Below, piece by piece: positions 39,758 to 49,330 of a DNA stretch of 64,000 nt. Position 1 is the stretch's first letter. Every line of letters starts with the position of its first letter. The DNA lies in the NCBI GenBank assembly GCA_963663865.1, contig OY760686.1:2752001-2816000 (forward strand), written 5' to 3'. A model generated the notes under the pieces. The model did no database searches, had not been told where the DNA came from, and saw nothing but the letters and a program-made list of their open reading frames with translations. The position numbers and the translations under genes are program-made. The DNA is from Spirochaetota bacterium. Its GTDB lineage: Bacteria > Spirochaetota > UBA4802 > UBA5550.

Positions 39758-40845
39758 GTACTGTTAAAATAGCTCTCGTCGGCGATATTATGTGCGGCGA
39801 CGAGTTCTGGAACAGGGGCTTCGGAGTCAGATCGCAGATTGACAGATACGGCTATGACTACCTTGACCCTGAGATTGTACGGCTTCTGCAATCGCATGAC
39901 GCGGTTATCGGCAACGTTGAAACGGTACTCAGCAGCAAAGGCGAAAAAACCGGAAGCATGCGTTCAATGTACATGAGAGGACGTCCTTCCTCTGTAGAAC
40001 TTCTCAGAAAGTGGGGCCTAACAGCCGCAAATGTCGCAACCAATCACATTCTGGAACATGGCATTGAGGCTGCGCGGGACACAGCAGCAAATCTAAAAAA
40101 AGCCGGTATAGCCGTCAGCGGATCAGGACATGAAGACAGCTTCATCTCCGGTATTGAACCTGTCTTCACAAAGGCCGGCACTCTTGAAATAGCGCTTATA
40201 GGCGCCTGCCTCAGAAAGGAAAAATACGCTTTCAACGGCGGAGGAACCGTGGAAGAACTGCTCTCAAAAGTGAGAGAAGCCGCGGCCCCCGGACGTATCG
40301 TTGTTGTCTCCCTGCACTGGGGCAACGAGTACATAGACAGGCCGGCACTCTGGCAGAAAAAGCTTTCATCCCGCATCATTGAAGCTGGAGCGCACATCAT
40401 AGCGGGACACCACCCTCATGTCGTGCAGGGAGTGCACTATGACGGGAAGGCCCTTACAGCCTACAGTCTGGGGAACTTTATCTTCGGAGGAACATTTTCC
40501 GACACATCATGGTCAATGGTTCTAAGCGTAGAATTCAGCCGGGACGGCATTTCGGGTTACGAGATATATCCGATTATCAACGACGCCGAAAACCGGCCTG
40601 CCTCGGCCCCCGGGAACGAACGAGTCAGGCTGCATGAGGAAATCAAAAGGAGAAACCGCCTTACAGAACGCCCAGAGAACGAATGGGAAACAGAGAGCTC
40701 GTACAGCCGCAGCGTTGAGCTTCTGGACAGGGAATCGCGGAAAGATCTCTGGAGAGCGCTTTTGAAAAATCTGCTCCGAATAAACCCGCTTTTCTGGCCT
40801 CAAATATTCTGGCGGCCCTTTAAAAGAAGACTCGGCAGATGGTAA
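39754..40845 (+). CDS. CapA/PgsA family metallophosphoesterase-fold protein
   Basis: VGDIM, GNVE, ATNHILEHG, SLHWGNEY, GHHPHVVQ, YSLGNFIF. Confidence 0.9.
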   Translation: MSTVKIALVGDIMCGDEFWNRGFGVRSQIDRYGYDYLDPEIVRLLQSHDAVIGNVETVLSSKGEKTGSMRSMYMRGRPSSVELLRKWGLTAANVATNHILEHGIEAARDTAANLKKAGIAVSGSGHEDSFISGIEPVFTKAGTLEIALIGACLRKEKYAFNGGGTVEELLSKVREAAAPGRIVVVSLHWGNEYIDRPALWQKKLSSRIIEAGAHIIAGHHPHVVQGVHYDGKALTAYSLGNFIFGGTFSDTSWSMVLSVEFSRDGISGYEIYPIINDAENRPASAPGNERVRLHEEIKRRNRLTERPENEWETESSYSRSVELLDRESRKDLWRALLKNLLRINPLFWPQIFWRPFKRRLGRW

Positions 40846-40870
40846 ACAAAATAAGGGAGTAAAGATCATT

Positions 40871-41731
40871 ATGAAATTATCTATATTTAAAAAAATTAAC
40901 GCCTTCCTGCCTTTCAGGGCAGCGCTCTACCTGGATTTCGGTCGCAGCTATCATAGAATTCTCAACCTGAAGAATCCGAAATTTTTCGGTGAAAAGATCC
41001 ACTGGATTAAGCTGCATGGAAATCTTGAACGCTTTGCTCCCTACGTTGACAAGTACGAGGTCAGAAACTTTATCACGGAAACTATTGGAGCTCATTATCT
41101 CCCGCAACTTTATGCTGTTTTCAATAAACCCGAAGAGATTGAACTGAGCAAACTCCCGTCAAGTTTTGTTCTGAAGTTAAACAACGGAACGGGAGGCAAC
41201 CTCATATGCCGGGACAAATCAAAGGTAAATATTGATAAAACTAAAAAATTTTTCAATCAACTCATGAAGGATAAAATTTACAGATACACAAAGGAAAATC
41301 AATACAAACCCGTCAAACCGAAAATAATCTGCGAGGAATACCTTGAGGACGAGACAGGAGAACTTAGAGACTACAAGATACACTGTTTTTCCGGAAACCC
41401 CGAGATGATTGAGGTACAGACCGGACGTTTTTCAGACCACTATGAAAACTACTTCAACACCGACTGGATAGACTACGGAATATACGGGAAAAAGGTCAGG
41501 CTCGGAAACGGCCTTCCCAGGCCGGCTGAACTTGAGGAAATGCTCGAAACAGCCCGGAAACTCTCGAAAAGCTTCCCCTATGTACGCGTAGACCTGTACC
41601 GGGCCAACGGAAGGGTCTACTTCGGTGAGCTTACTTTCACGCCAGCTAACGGAACGGATCCGTGGTTCCCCGTAGAAAAGGACCTGGAGCTTGCCTCAAA
41701 GATAGATCATCTCAGATATCTTCAACTCTGA
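40871..41731 (+). CDS. TupA-like ATP-grasp amidoligase
   Basis: LNLKNPKFFGEKI.W.K, DKYEVR, FVLK.NNG.G, DYKIHCF, VRVDLY, FGELTFTP. Confidence 0.9.
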   Translation: MKLSIFKKINAFLPFRAALYLDFGRSYHRILNLKNPKFFGEKIHWIKLHGNLERFAPYVDKYEVRNFITETIGAHYLPQLYAVFNKPEEIELSKLPSSFVLKLNNGTGGNLICRDKSKVNIDKTKKFFNQLMKDKIYRYTKENQYKPVKPKIICEEYLEDETGELRDYKIHCFSGNPEMIEVQTGRFSDHYENYFNTDWIDYGIYGKKVRLGNGLPRPAELEEMLETARKLSKSFPYVRVDLYRANGRVYFGELTFTPANGTDPWFPVEKDLELASKIDHLRYLQL

Positions 41732-41766
41732 AAAAACAGGCGAGATTCAAATTAACTAAACATTTG

Positions 41767-41795
41767 TTGACTTGTTTTACCCCCTGTATTATTTT
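41767..41795 (+). promoter_or_regulatory. Sigma-70 promoter of umuDC
   Basis: TTGACT-17 nt-TATTTT, ending 6 nt before ATG 41802. Confidence 0.5.
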
Positions 41796-41801
41796 GCCTT
41801 C

Positions 41802-42248
41802 ATGATATGGCCACGCAAAAAAGCTGATTTAACACCGATACCGGCAGAAGCGCGCGTTACGGCGCGCGTGAGCCTGTTCTCCTCACGGATAAAGGCGGGG
41901 TTTCCCTCGCCCGCCGAGGACTACATTGAGAAGAGCCTGGACTTCAACGAATACCTCATTGAGCACCCCTCAGCCACCTTCTGTCTGAGAGTTTCGGGCA
42001 GCTCCATGACCGGAGCAGGCATACACGATGGAGACATTCTCGTCGTTGACAGGGCGCTGCGCCCGAGAGACAATCAGGTAATAATAGCTCTGCTTAACGG
42101 CGAGCTGACCGTGAAACGCCTCGTTAGAAGCAATGGCCGGGTGTTTCTATCCCCGGAAAATCCCGACTACAGCCCCATTGAGGTTCCGCCGGAGTCGGAC
42201 TTCGAAGTATGGGGAGTAGTGACCAATGTTATTCACCGGCTGATATGA
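41802..42248 (+). CDS. umuD: DNA polymerase V subunit UmuD (S24 peptidase)
   Basis: [10 protein letters not shown] cleavage site, RVSGSSM (Ser), LTVKRL (Lys), VWGVV. Confidence 0.93.
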   Translation: MIWPRKKADLTPIPAEARVTARVSLFSSRIKAGFPSPAEDYIEKSLDFNEYLIEHPSATFCLRVSGSSMTGAGIHDGDILVVDRALRPRDNQVIIALLNGELTVKRLVRSNGRVFLSPENPDYSPIEVPPESDFEVWGVVTNVIHRLI

Positions 42249-42249
42249 C

Positions 42250-43512
42250 ATGGCGGAAGTATTCGCGCTGGTTGACTGCAACAACTTTTACGTCTCATGT
42301 GAGAGGGTCTTCAATCCATCCCTTAACGGTAAGCCAGTAGTTGTTCTCAGCAACAACGACGGCTGTGTGGTATCACGCTCCCAGGAGGCAAAATCCCTCG
42401 GCATTAAGACCGGAACTCCGATTCATGAATGTGAGAGGGAAATTCTTCGGCGCGGAGGCTCTGCCCTCTCATCAAACTATGCCCTTTACGGAGACATGTC
42501 CCGCCGTGTCATGCAGACGCTGGCCATGTTCTCACCTGAAATTGAAGTCTACTCAATTGATGAATCGTTTCTTTCGCTGACCGGAAGCCCGGAAGAACTA
42601 AACTCGCTTTGCCGGCTCATGCAGCACACCGTCTACCAGCATACAGGAATTCCGGTTTCCGTCGGCAACGGCAGCACCAAAACGCTTGCCAAGGCTGCAA
42701 ACCGCATCGCTAAAAAACCCGGAGGCTCGGGCCTTTTCAACATCGGCAGCGGAGATCAAATGCGGGAAGCCCTCAGCACGCTTCCCGTCGAAGATGTCTG
42801 GGGGATAGGCTGGCAGTATTCCAGGTTCCTGCGGCTTGCCGGCATCAACACCGCTCTTGACCTGAGCAGAGCCGATGACAGCTGGGTCAGAAAGCACCTG
42901 ACAATAACCGGGCTCAGGCTGGTTAACGAACTAAGGGGAATCCCGTGTATGGCGCTGGAGGAATATCCTCCGTCCAAAAAAGAGGCATGCAGTTCCCGCT
43001 CCTTTTCGAGGCCGGTCGAAAGCCTTCAGGAGATGAAAGAAGCCGTGTCGTCGTACGCGTCTTCTGCCGCGGGACGGATTCGGTCTCAGGGGTCCGCCGC
43101 CTCTTCGATTACTGTTTATATATGCACCAACCGCTTCAGGGACGAGCCTCAGTACGCCCGCTCGTCAACGGCGGTACTTCCATCTCCCACCGACTACACC
43201 CCGGCAATCGTAGGAAACGCCCTGACGCAGCTCGTATCCATATATCGCTGCGGCTACAGGTATAAAAAAGCCGGGGTCATCCTTTCAGGGCTTGTCCCTA
43301 AAGATTCCTGCCAGCTCAATCTCTTCTCCGAACCCGGTACCCCGGAACAAAGGGATACGCTTTCGAAGGTAATGGACTCAATAAATTCACGCTACGGGAA
43401 GAACTCCGTGCAGCTGGCGTCTGACGGACTATCAGGAAGCTGGCACATGAAGAGGGCCAGGCTGAGCCCGTGCTACACTACAAGATGGGAGGAACTCCTG
43501 ACAGTCAAATGA
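42250..43512 (+). CDS. umuC: Y-family DNA polymerase V subunit UmuC
   Basis: [47 protein letters not shown]. Confidence 0.95.
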   Translation: MAEVFALVDCNNFYVSCERVFNPSLNGKPVVVLSNNDGCVVSRSQEAKSLGIKTGTPIHECEREILRRGGSALSSNYALYGDMSRRVMQTLAMFSPEIEVYSIDESFLSLTGSPEELNSLCRLMQHTVYQHTGIPVSVGNGSTKTLAKAANRIAKKPGGSGLFNIGSGDQMREALSTLPVEDVWGIGWQYSRFLRLAGINTALDLSRADDSWVRKHLTITGLRLVNELRGIPCMALEEYPPSKKEACSSRSFSRPVESLQEMKEAVSSYASSAAGRIRSQGSAASSITVYICTNRFRDEPQYARSSTAVLPSPTDYTPAIVGNALTQLVSIYRCGYRYKKAGVILSGLVPKDSCQLNLFSEPGTPEQRDTLSKVMDSINSRYGKNSVQLASDGLSGSWHMKRARLSPCYTTRWEELLTVK

Positions 43513-43516
43513 GAGG

Positions 43517-43548
43517 AAGCGGGAATGCCCCAAGGGCACTCCCGCTTT
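43517..43548. terminator. Intrinsic terminator between the convergent umuC and GH3 genes
   Basis: AAGCGGGAATGCCC-CAA-GGGCACTCCCGCTTT hairpin. Confidence 0.7.
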
Positions 43549-43585
43549 GAATAATTCAACCCGTCAAGTCATTGAGGGAGTTACA

Positions 43586-45778
43586 TCACTTTGAAGCTTT
43601 TACAGTCAGACCATATCCAAATGGGAATACCGTGGAATCATCATCAGGAAGATCTTCATAACCATTGAATATGGCCCAATCATTATCCGGGAGACCTGTA
43701 GGAAGTTTTCCGGTAATATCCGCTCTGCCGAAGATTGCGTTGAAAGCAGTAACATCCGGAATTCCTCCAAAATCGACTATCATCGCGTCACAGAGAAGAT
43801 AAAGTTCAATGACTACGCTTGTTGTAATGGAAGCCTGAAGAACAATTTTAGCTGTACTGTCAGCCGATGAAGCTATCGCATCACGAGCATACTGCAGAAC
43901 AGCATAAGTTGTATCATAATTGTTGCATCGCCCATTCTCAAAATAGTCCACATAATAGTCATTTCCATCGTGCACATATTCCCTGTAACATGCTCCGCTT
44001 CTCTGCGCAGCACTTGAAGCAAAAGGCCAGCTTGGAGCGCCTATTCTCATGTACACGATGTCAGCTGCGGCAATTTTCTCAGCCTCACTAGCGTAAGATG
44101 CGTCATTGTTGATAACAGTACCGTAGTCCGAGGCGCTGGTTAATGTTTCAGGGACTACTGAAGGAGTAAATACACCCGTGTCCGAATCCACTTCACCAGC
44201 AAGAACATAGATTTTCTGCCCTGCCGCTACCGGAAGAAGATCATCTGCGTTTTTCAGACAGGTAACAGATTTGGCCAGGGCCTCCTCTCCAGTGGTCCAG
44301 TATTCAGCTTTAGCAAAAGCTGCAGTTGCAACTTCAGGGTCAGTATACGGGTTTTCAAAAAGTCCCAGTTTGAACATTACTTCAAGGGTCCTTCCCATGG
44401 CTTTATCAATATCTTCCATGGTGATCAGGCCTGAATTATAACCATCGGTGACCCAGGTATAATCACTGACTCCTCCAAAAACATTCATACCAGCCTTCAT
44501 GGATTTTGCAACTCTCTCAGGAGAAGTAAGGGCTTCAACACCATGACACGGAGACATGAAACCTCCCAGGCCTAAAGTCGAACTGTCAGCATAAATCATC
44601 CAGTCGGAGATAAACCACGTGTAATCATATCCGTAGTGTTCTTTCCACATCGTCGTAAGAAAATCGGCATTATACCCGCCTCCGACCTGCTCAATTGTTC
44701 TTCCATCAATCACACCGTCGGCGCCGCTCCAGTCACCCTGACGTGCAATCGGATAATAAGGCATACAGGACAGCGCACCTGCCTCAAAGCCTGAGATAAA
44801 TGGCGCGAGATGATAATCAAAATTATCTCCCGGATAAACAATCCATTTACCCGACGGATTGTGTCCGTCAAATCCTCCCTCCTGGGGTCCATCGCCTGGG
44901 AAGTGTTTCAGATTACATACAATCGCATTAGGGCCAAGTTTTGCACCGTCAGGTTGAAACCCTTTAACTATCGACTGAACCAGCTGCGAAGTCAACTCTG
45001 ATGAGCTTCCAAATGTAGAGGTATTCCTTCCCCACCTCGGTTCTGTAGTGAGGTCTATCTGAGGACCAAGGTAGACTCTAATACCAACAGAACGCCATGC
45101 GTCACGCGAAGCCTGGGCCCATTTGTACACAAGTTCAGGATCCTGAGTGGCTGCAATAGTGAGCTGACCCGGCCATTTTGAGAAACCGTTCTGAGAAGGA
45201 GTACCCTCTCCAGCGGTTCCCGAAATACTGAATGCCGGATCCTGGAGCCACAGCCATGGAATTCCAAGTTCCTTTGACTCAACGTATGCCTGGCACTTGT
45301 TATTGAGATCAGCTCTGTTTGCCGGTGTGAAACCGTTATTTGCAATTTTAATTCTAACATTTGTATCGGCGACGCTGTTTATTGAAGGAACGAACTCATC
45401 GACAGTCGCGAATGACCCGAAACTCATGTGAGGAGCGCAGAAAAGGCCGGCCTTCTGATCTAAAGACATCCTTCCGACAAGATCAGCTGCCCTTTCCTCG
45501 GGTGACAGGCGCCAGTCCTCATAAGTATCAAGCACACCATTTCTGTTTGAATCCTTGAACTGGTAGCCGTCAGCTTCAACAACCGTTGTCCCGGTTACAT
45601 CCCACGTTACAGTCGAACTTGCAGAAACGAATGCAGAGGCAACACCAATGACCGGCTGCTCCAGCTTGCCGTCTTCATTACAGTAAGTACTGACACAGTC
45701 ATCACCGCTGCTGTCATCGCCGCACGCGCTAAACAGGCCAATGGCTGCAAGCAGGATCAAATAAAGAGTTTTTTTCAT
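43586..45778 (-). CDS. GH3 beta-glucosidase-family lipoprotein
   Basis: FSAC lipobox, FKDSNRNG.LD.YEDWRL, TEPRWGR, KHFPG, MPYY, ISDW nucleophile. Confidence 0.9.
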   Translation of the reverse strand: MKKTLYLILLAAIGLFSACGDDSSGDDCVSTYCNEDGKLEQPVIGVASAFVSASSTVTWDVTGTTVVEADGYQFKDSNRNGVLDTYEDWRLSPEERAADLVGRMSLDQKAGLFCAPHMSFGSFATVDEFVPSINSVADTNVRIKIANNGFTPANRADLNNKCQAYVESKELGIPWLWLQDPAFSISGTAGEGTPSQNGFSKWPGQLTIAATQDPELVYKWAQASRDAWRSVGIRVYLGPQIDLTTEPRWGRNTSTFGSSSELTSQLVQSIVKGFQPDGAKLGPNAIVCNLKHFPGDGPQEGGFDGHNPSGKWIVYPGDNFDYHLAPFISGFEAGALSCMPYYPIARQGDWSGADGVIDGRTIEQVGGGYNADFLTTMWKEHYGYDYTWFISDWMIYADSSTLGLGGFMSPCHGVEALTSPERVAKSMKAGMNVFGGVSDYTWVTDGYNSGLITMEDIDKAMGRTLEVMFKLGLFENPYTDPEVATAAFAKAEYWTTGEEALAKSVTCLKNADDLLPVAAGQKIYVLAGEVDSDTGVFTPSVVPETLTSASDYGTVINNDASYASEAEKIAAADIVYMRIGAPSWPFASSAAQRSGACYREYVHDGNDYYVDYFENGRCNNYDTTYAVLQYARDAIASSADSTAKIVLQASITTSVVIELYLLCDAMIVDFGGIPDVTAFNAIFGRADITGKLPTGLPDNDWAIFNGYEDLPDDDSTVFPFGYGLTVKASK

Positions 45779-46082
45779 AAAAGACTCCCCTCCTAATAAT
45801 TATATTTGTATAAATGATATATAAACTCAAATGAGTTTATAGCAAAGACCAATTCCCTCTCTCAGAGAGGACAACCTCCTAAATGATTAAACTAAACTGT
45901 ATTATTTTTACTCTGAATTGAGCAGGCAGGCAACCGCGTGAGCGATGAAGCACGTTTTAAGCATGATGTATTTCTGTTATCAGAAAAATACATGGCGCAA
46001 AATCACATTCAGCTCATAATTCTTGACTAAATTTGGTGTTCATTGGACTTTTTCTGTTATACACGCCGTTATGGAGAACTAT

Positions 46083-47261
46083 ATGGGCAAATTCCGGACT
46101 TTAATTAGGGCATTTTCGTTGATTACAATAATCCTGTTTATTTCAGATACGGGATGTAAAAAAGATGAAAGTTCTGATATTACCATTACAACCATCCCCG
46201 GACGCCTCAACCAGAGCGCATATAAGGTTCTGTATATAAACCCCCGTTTTGCCAGAAAATGCCCAAACCCTGTTTTTTTTCACGACAAGTTGATGGCTTA
46301 CCCCTTAATTGCCGCGCGAGATATTGGGATATCTGTAATCAGACTGGAAATCACTTTCGATCCGAAGGAAAAAATAGCCCCGTCCGGGTTGTCTCAGGCG
46401 ATCAAAAAATATAGCCCTGACGGGGTTGTCATGACCGGCACGCTCAGTTCAATACCTGCTTTTTCTGAGATTATTAGAAATGAGATTCTAAACAAAAATA
46501 TTCCGCTGGTCTGTTTCCACAGTCCGCTTCGAGGTTTTGGGAAACCCGGAGAACAGTACAGCTCATACATTGCCGATATACTTCCCGATGATGTACAGGC
46601 CGGTTATCTCCTCGCTAAAACGCTGATAAAAAAAGCTCTCCGAAATGGAATCAAGCATCCAACTCTGGTGGCTCTTCCGGGAGGAATGCACTACCCTTTT
46701 TCTCAACTGCGCCTGAATGGTTTGAATAAAGCATTAGATGAGTTCCCGGGAGTCAAACTTCACCAGACAATCTCAGTTGACAAGTATGACACTGAACTCG
46801 CAAAGACCAAAACCCGCATGTTTCTGAGAGACCGTTACCCAGACACAAATATTATCTGGTGCGGAAGCGATTCAATTGCCGCGGGAGTAATGGATGCCTG
46901 TAAGGAATTACATAAAAACGAAAAATGCAGCATTATCGCTGGAGGCATCGACTGGTCTGATTATGCTCTCAGGGAAGTCGGATCAAATTCCAACGCTGTT
47001 TCAGTCGGAGGGCACTTCCTGGATGGAGCGTGGGCGATGGTTCTGATTTATGATTATCTGAACGGCATCAATATGACCGATACGAAAACATTCTACACAA
47101 AGATGGAGGTTGTCGAAAGAAAGGACCATCACATGATAAACTCACTTCTAAAGAGCCGCTCAAATGATATTCTAAATTTCAGACAATTTTCAAAAGCCCA
47201 TAATAAATCGCTTGATAAATACAATTTCTCTGTGCAAAAAATACTTGGAATAAAGCAATAA
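46083..47261 (+). CDS. Type I periplasmic (sugar-binding-like) solute-binding protein, possible lipoprotein
   Basis: Start at ATG 46083 (GGAG upstream); PDDVQAGYLLA, RLNGL, IWCGSDSIAAG, GGIDW, SVGGHF. Confidence 0.75.
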   Translation: MGKFRTLIRAFSLITIILFISDTGCKKDESSDITITTIPGRLNQSAYKVLYINPRFARKCPNPVFFHDKLMAYPLIAARDIGISVIRLEITFDPKEKIAPSGLSQAIKKYSPDGVVMTGTLSSIPAFSEIIRNEILNKNIPLVCFHSPLRGFGKPGEQYSSYIADILPDDVQAGYLLAKTLIKKALRNGIKHPTLVALPGGMHYPFSQLRLNGLNKALDEFPGVKLHQTISVDKYDTELAKTKTRMFLRDRYPDTNIIWCGSDSIAAGVMDACKELHKNEKCSIIAGGIDWSDYALREVGSNSNAVSVGGHFLDGAWAMVLIYDYLNGINMTDTKTFYTKMEVVERKDHHMINSLLKSRSNDILNFRQFSKAHNKSLDKYNFSVQKILGIKQ

Positions 47262-47349
47262 ATGAATTGATTGTTCAAAATAAATATCCTACAATTTGAC
47301 ATGTTTACAAGTTTCATCCAAAAAAAGCTTACCTGAGATGGTAAATCCA

Positions 47350-48573
47350 ATGAAAAGCAAGTACATCAGATTATCGTTACTGGTTTCATTATCTCTTGTG
47401 CTGTTGTTCACGACGATTCACATTGCATCAAACATTTTATATGATAAATTCATTCTAATAAACAAGGCCGCGAGAATAAGCGCAAGTATTCTTGAATCCC
47501 ATTCAGGCAACCCGCTGCATTCCAATAGCCTCTTCTTTTACGACACAACAGATTCATTCTTCGACAACAATGAAATCAGCAGATTGGAGGTTTTTGACAG
47601 TTCATATAATCTTATTTTTAAAAGAATATCAACATCTAACGAGGCATATACTTCAGAGAGCCCAATATATACAGGATATTCCAAAGGACTGATGGTGCTC
47701 AGTATTCCAGACACAACTGTCATTGAACACGGCAAGTCGATTGGAGAAAGCATGGCAAGGGAGATATCCCAACTGTTATGGAATTATGACACCCAGCTGA
47801 TTGAAAACTGCTGCATTCGCTTCCTTGCCGATTTATCTATATCCCGAATAAGTATCTCAGACACGCGCCATAAGAAGATTTTCGAAAAAACCAACCGCAT
47901 CTACACACCAACAGAGGTCATTCACACTATTCATGAACCAATATCCATGGGCGGCCGAATAATTGGCCACCTTAGAATTGACTTCAACAACTATCGCCAA
48001 CGCAAGGCCGAGTTTCTTCTCGCCGTCTTTGGGCTGCTCTTTACGATTTCAGTTACTTTTACTTTTATCTACTATTTTAAAAAACTCAGACCATCTCTTG
48101 CAGAGGAGAAGATGGCAAGACTCTCAGAGTCACTTTCTCAGACAACGCAGGATAAGCTCAAGTCAGCAATAGACTATATCAACAGCAACTTTACAAGAAG
48201 CATCTCGCGGGAAGGTCTTGCCGCCCATATTGGACTCAGCCCTGACAATCTGGGACGGTATTTCAAAAGATTCACCGGCGAAAAAATTGCCGACTACATT
48301 AACAGGCTAAGAGTACAGCACGTTTATTCCGCACTTCGCGACTCCGAAGAAAGTATTATAAACCTGGCCATGGAAGCCGGCTTTGATAACATAAGCACCT
48401 TCAACAAGGCCTTCCGCAGGGTTTTCAACACCACCCCGACGGTGATACGCTGCAAAAACGGCAGCAGTAAACCCGCGACACAAGCCGCCGGTTTTAACAA
48501 CCCGCCCACGAAAGGGCCGGAACACCGAGGCGGAACAGATATCGGGAGAGCCGGGCTTACTTCATCTTCATGA
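47350..48573 (+). CDS. Membrane-anchored AraC-family regulator with extracytoplasmic sensor region
   Basis: TM-periplasmic region-TM, then AIDYIN...ISREGLA...FKRFTG...INRLR...LAMEAGFDNISTFNKAF...TP AraC HTH. Confidence 0.85.
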   Translation: MKSKYIRLSLLVSLSLVLLFTTIHIASNILYDKFILINKAARISASILESHSGNPLHSNSLFFYDTTDSFFDNNEISRLEVFDSSYNLIFKRISTSNEAYTSESPIYTGYSKGLMVLSIPDTTVIEHGKSIGESMAREISQLLWNYDTQLIENCCIRFLADLSISRISISDTRHKKIFEKTNRIYTPTEVIHTIHEPISMGGRIIGHLRIDFNNYRQRKAEFLLAVFGLLFTISVTFTFIYYFKKLRPSLAEEKMARLSESLSQTTQDKLKSAIDYINSNFTRSISREGLAAHIGLSPDNLGRYFKRFTGEKIADYINRLRVQHVYSALRDSEESIINLAMEAGFDNISTFNKAFRRVFNTTPTVIRCKNGSSKPATQAAGFNNPPTKGPEHRGGTDIGRAGLTSSS

Positions 48574-49171
48574 GCATGTCTATTATCCCGGCACCCCCGG
48601 CCGGTGCGCTGCTCTGCTTGAGCTTAATCGAAATAAGAGTCCGGTCATGGGGCTTCTTCGGCTTTGTATCTGAATAAAAGTATGAGTAGACATGATAGCT
48701 CCGGCCGTTTGCTTCAAAGAGCAAACTATCCAAACCCGGTACGCGTCCCGTAATGTATCTGGTTCCATCCAGCAGCGATATTTCAAGCCTCGCAGGGTAA
48801 TAGGCCTTTTTGTTTCTACTCCCCTCCGCCCAGCCGGAAAATCTTATCTCTGAAAGATTTTTGGGGGTGATATTGACCGGCCGTCCATCCGGAGTGTGCT
48901 GCCCCGGCACGTCAATCCCCCTGGCCGGGATACGGACAACTCCCTGTACAACCGCTCCTCCGGCAAACCCTGCCACGGCCGGTACTGAAAGCCAGTCGGC
49001 ATGCTCAGTCTTTGCTTCTTTTCCAGTTTTACTTTCAGAGGGAATCTCGGGCACAGCCGGACCTTTAACCATGCTGGAAAAGGCATCATCCCCCCCCCCC
49101 ATAAGAGGAGAACCGATGCCGATAAAAGCAGCGGCTGGAATCAGAAATATTTTTCTCATGAATTTTTTCAT
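48557..49171 (-). CDS. Secreted hypothetical protein containing a G11 tract
   Basis: Signal-peptide-like MKKFMRKIFLIPAAAFIGIG; 17-bp convergent overlap with the AraC gene. Confidence 0.55.
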   Translation of the reverse strand: MKKFMRKIFLIPAAAFIGIGSPLMGGGDDAFSSMVKGPAVPEIPSESKTGKEAKTEHADWLSVPAVAGFAGGAVVQGVVRIPARGIDVPGQHTPDGRPVNITPKNLSEIRFSGWAEGSRNKKAYYPARLEISLLDGTRYITGRVPGLDSLLFEANGRSYHVYSYFYSDTKPKKPHDRTLISIKLKQSSAPAGGAGIIDMLMKMK

Positions 49172-49330
49172 CGCAATGTTTCCCTTTTCTCTGTACAGGC
49201 TCCACAAATATTTTTTTTGGTCTATCAAAAAAAGGGTTCTTCCGATAATAGTAAGCGGACGGACTGCTTATTGAGACATTTTACTCAGCAGCCCGTTCAT
49301 GAAATTCTTAATTCTTGCAGAGGATACGCC

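Noticed and set aside
49222-49248. Possible sigma-28 promoter upstream of the TPR gene
   Set aside because: Good -10 (TCCGATAA), but the -35 at N15 is CTAT; too weak to call
49001-49330. Long N-terminal extension of the TPR ORF
   Set aside because: Overlaps the divergent gene; TPR pattern and SD begin at ATG 49331
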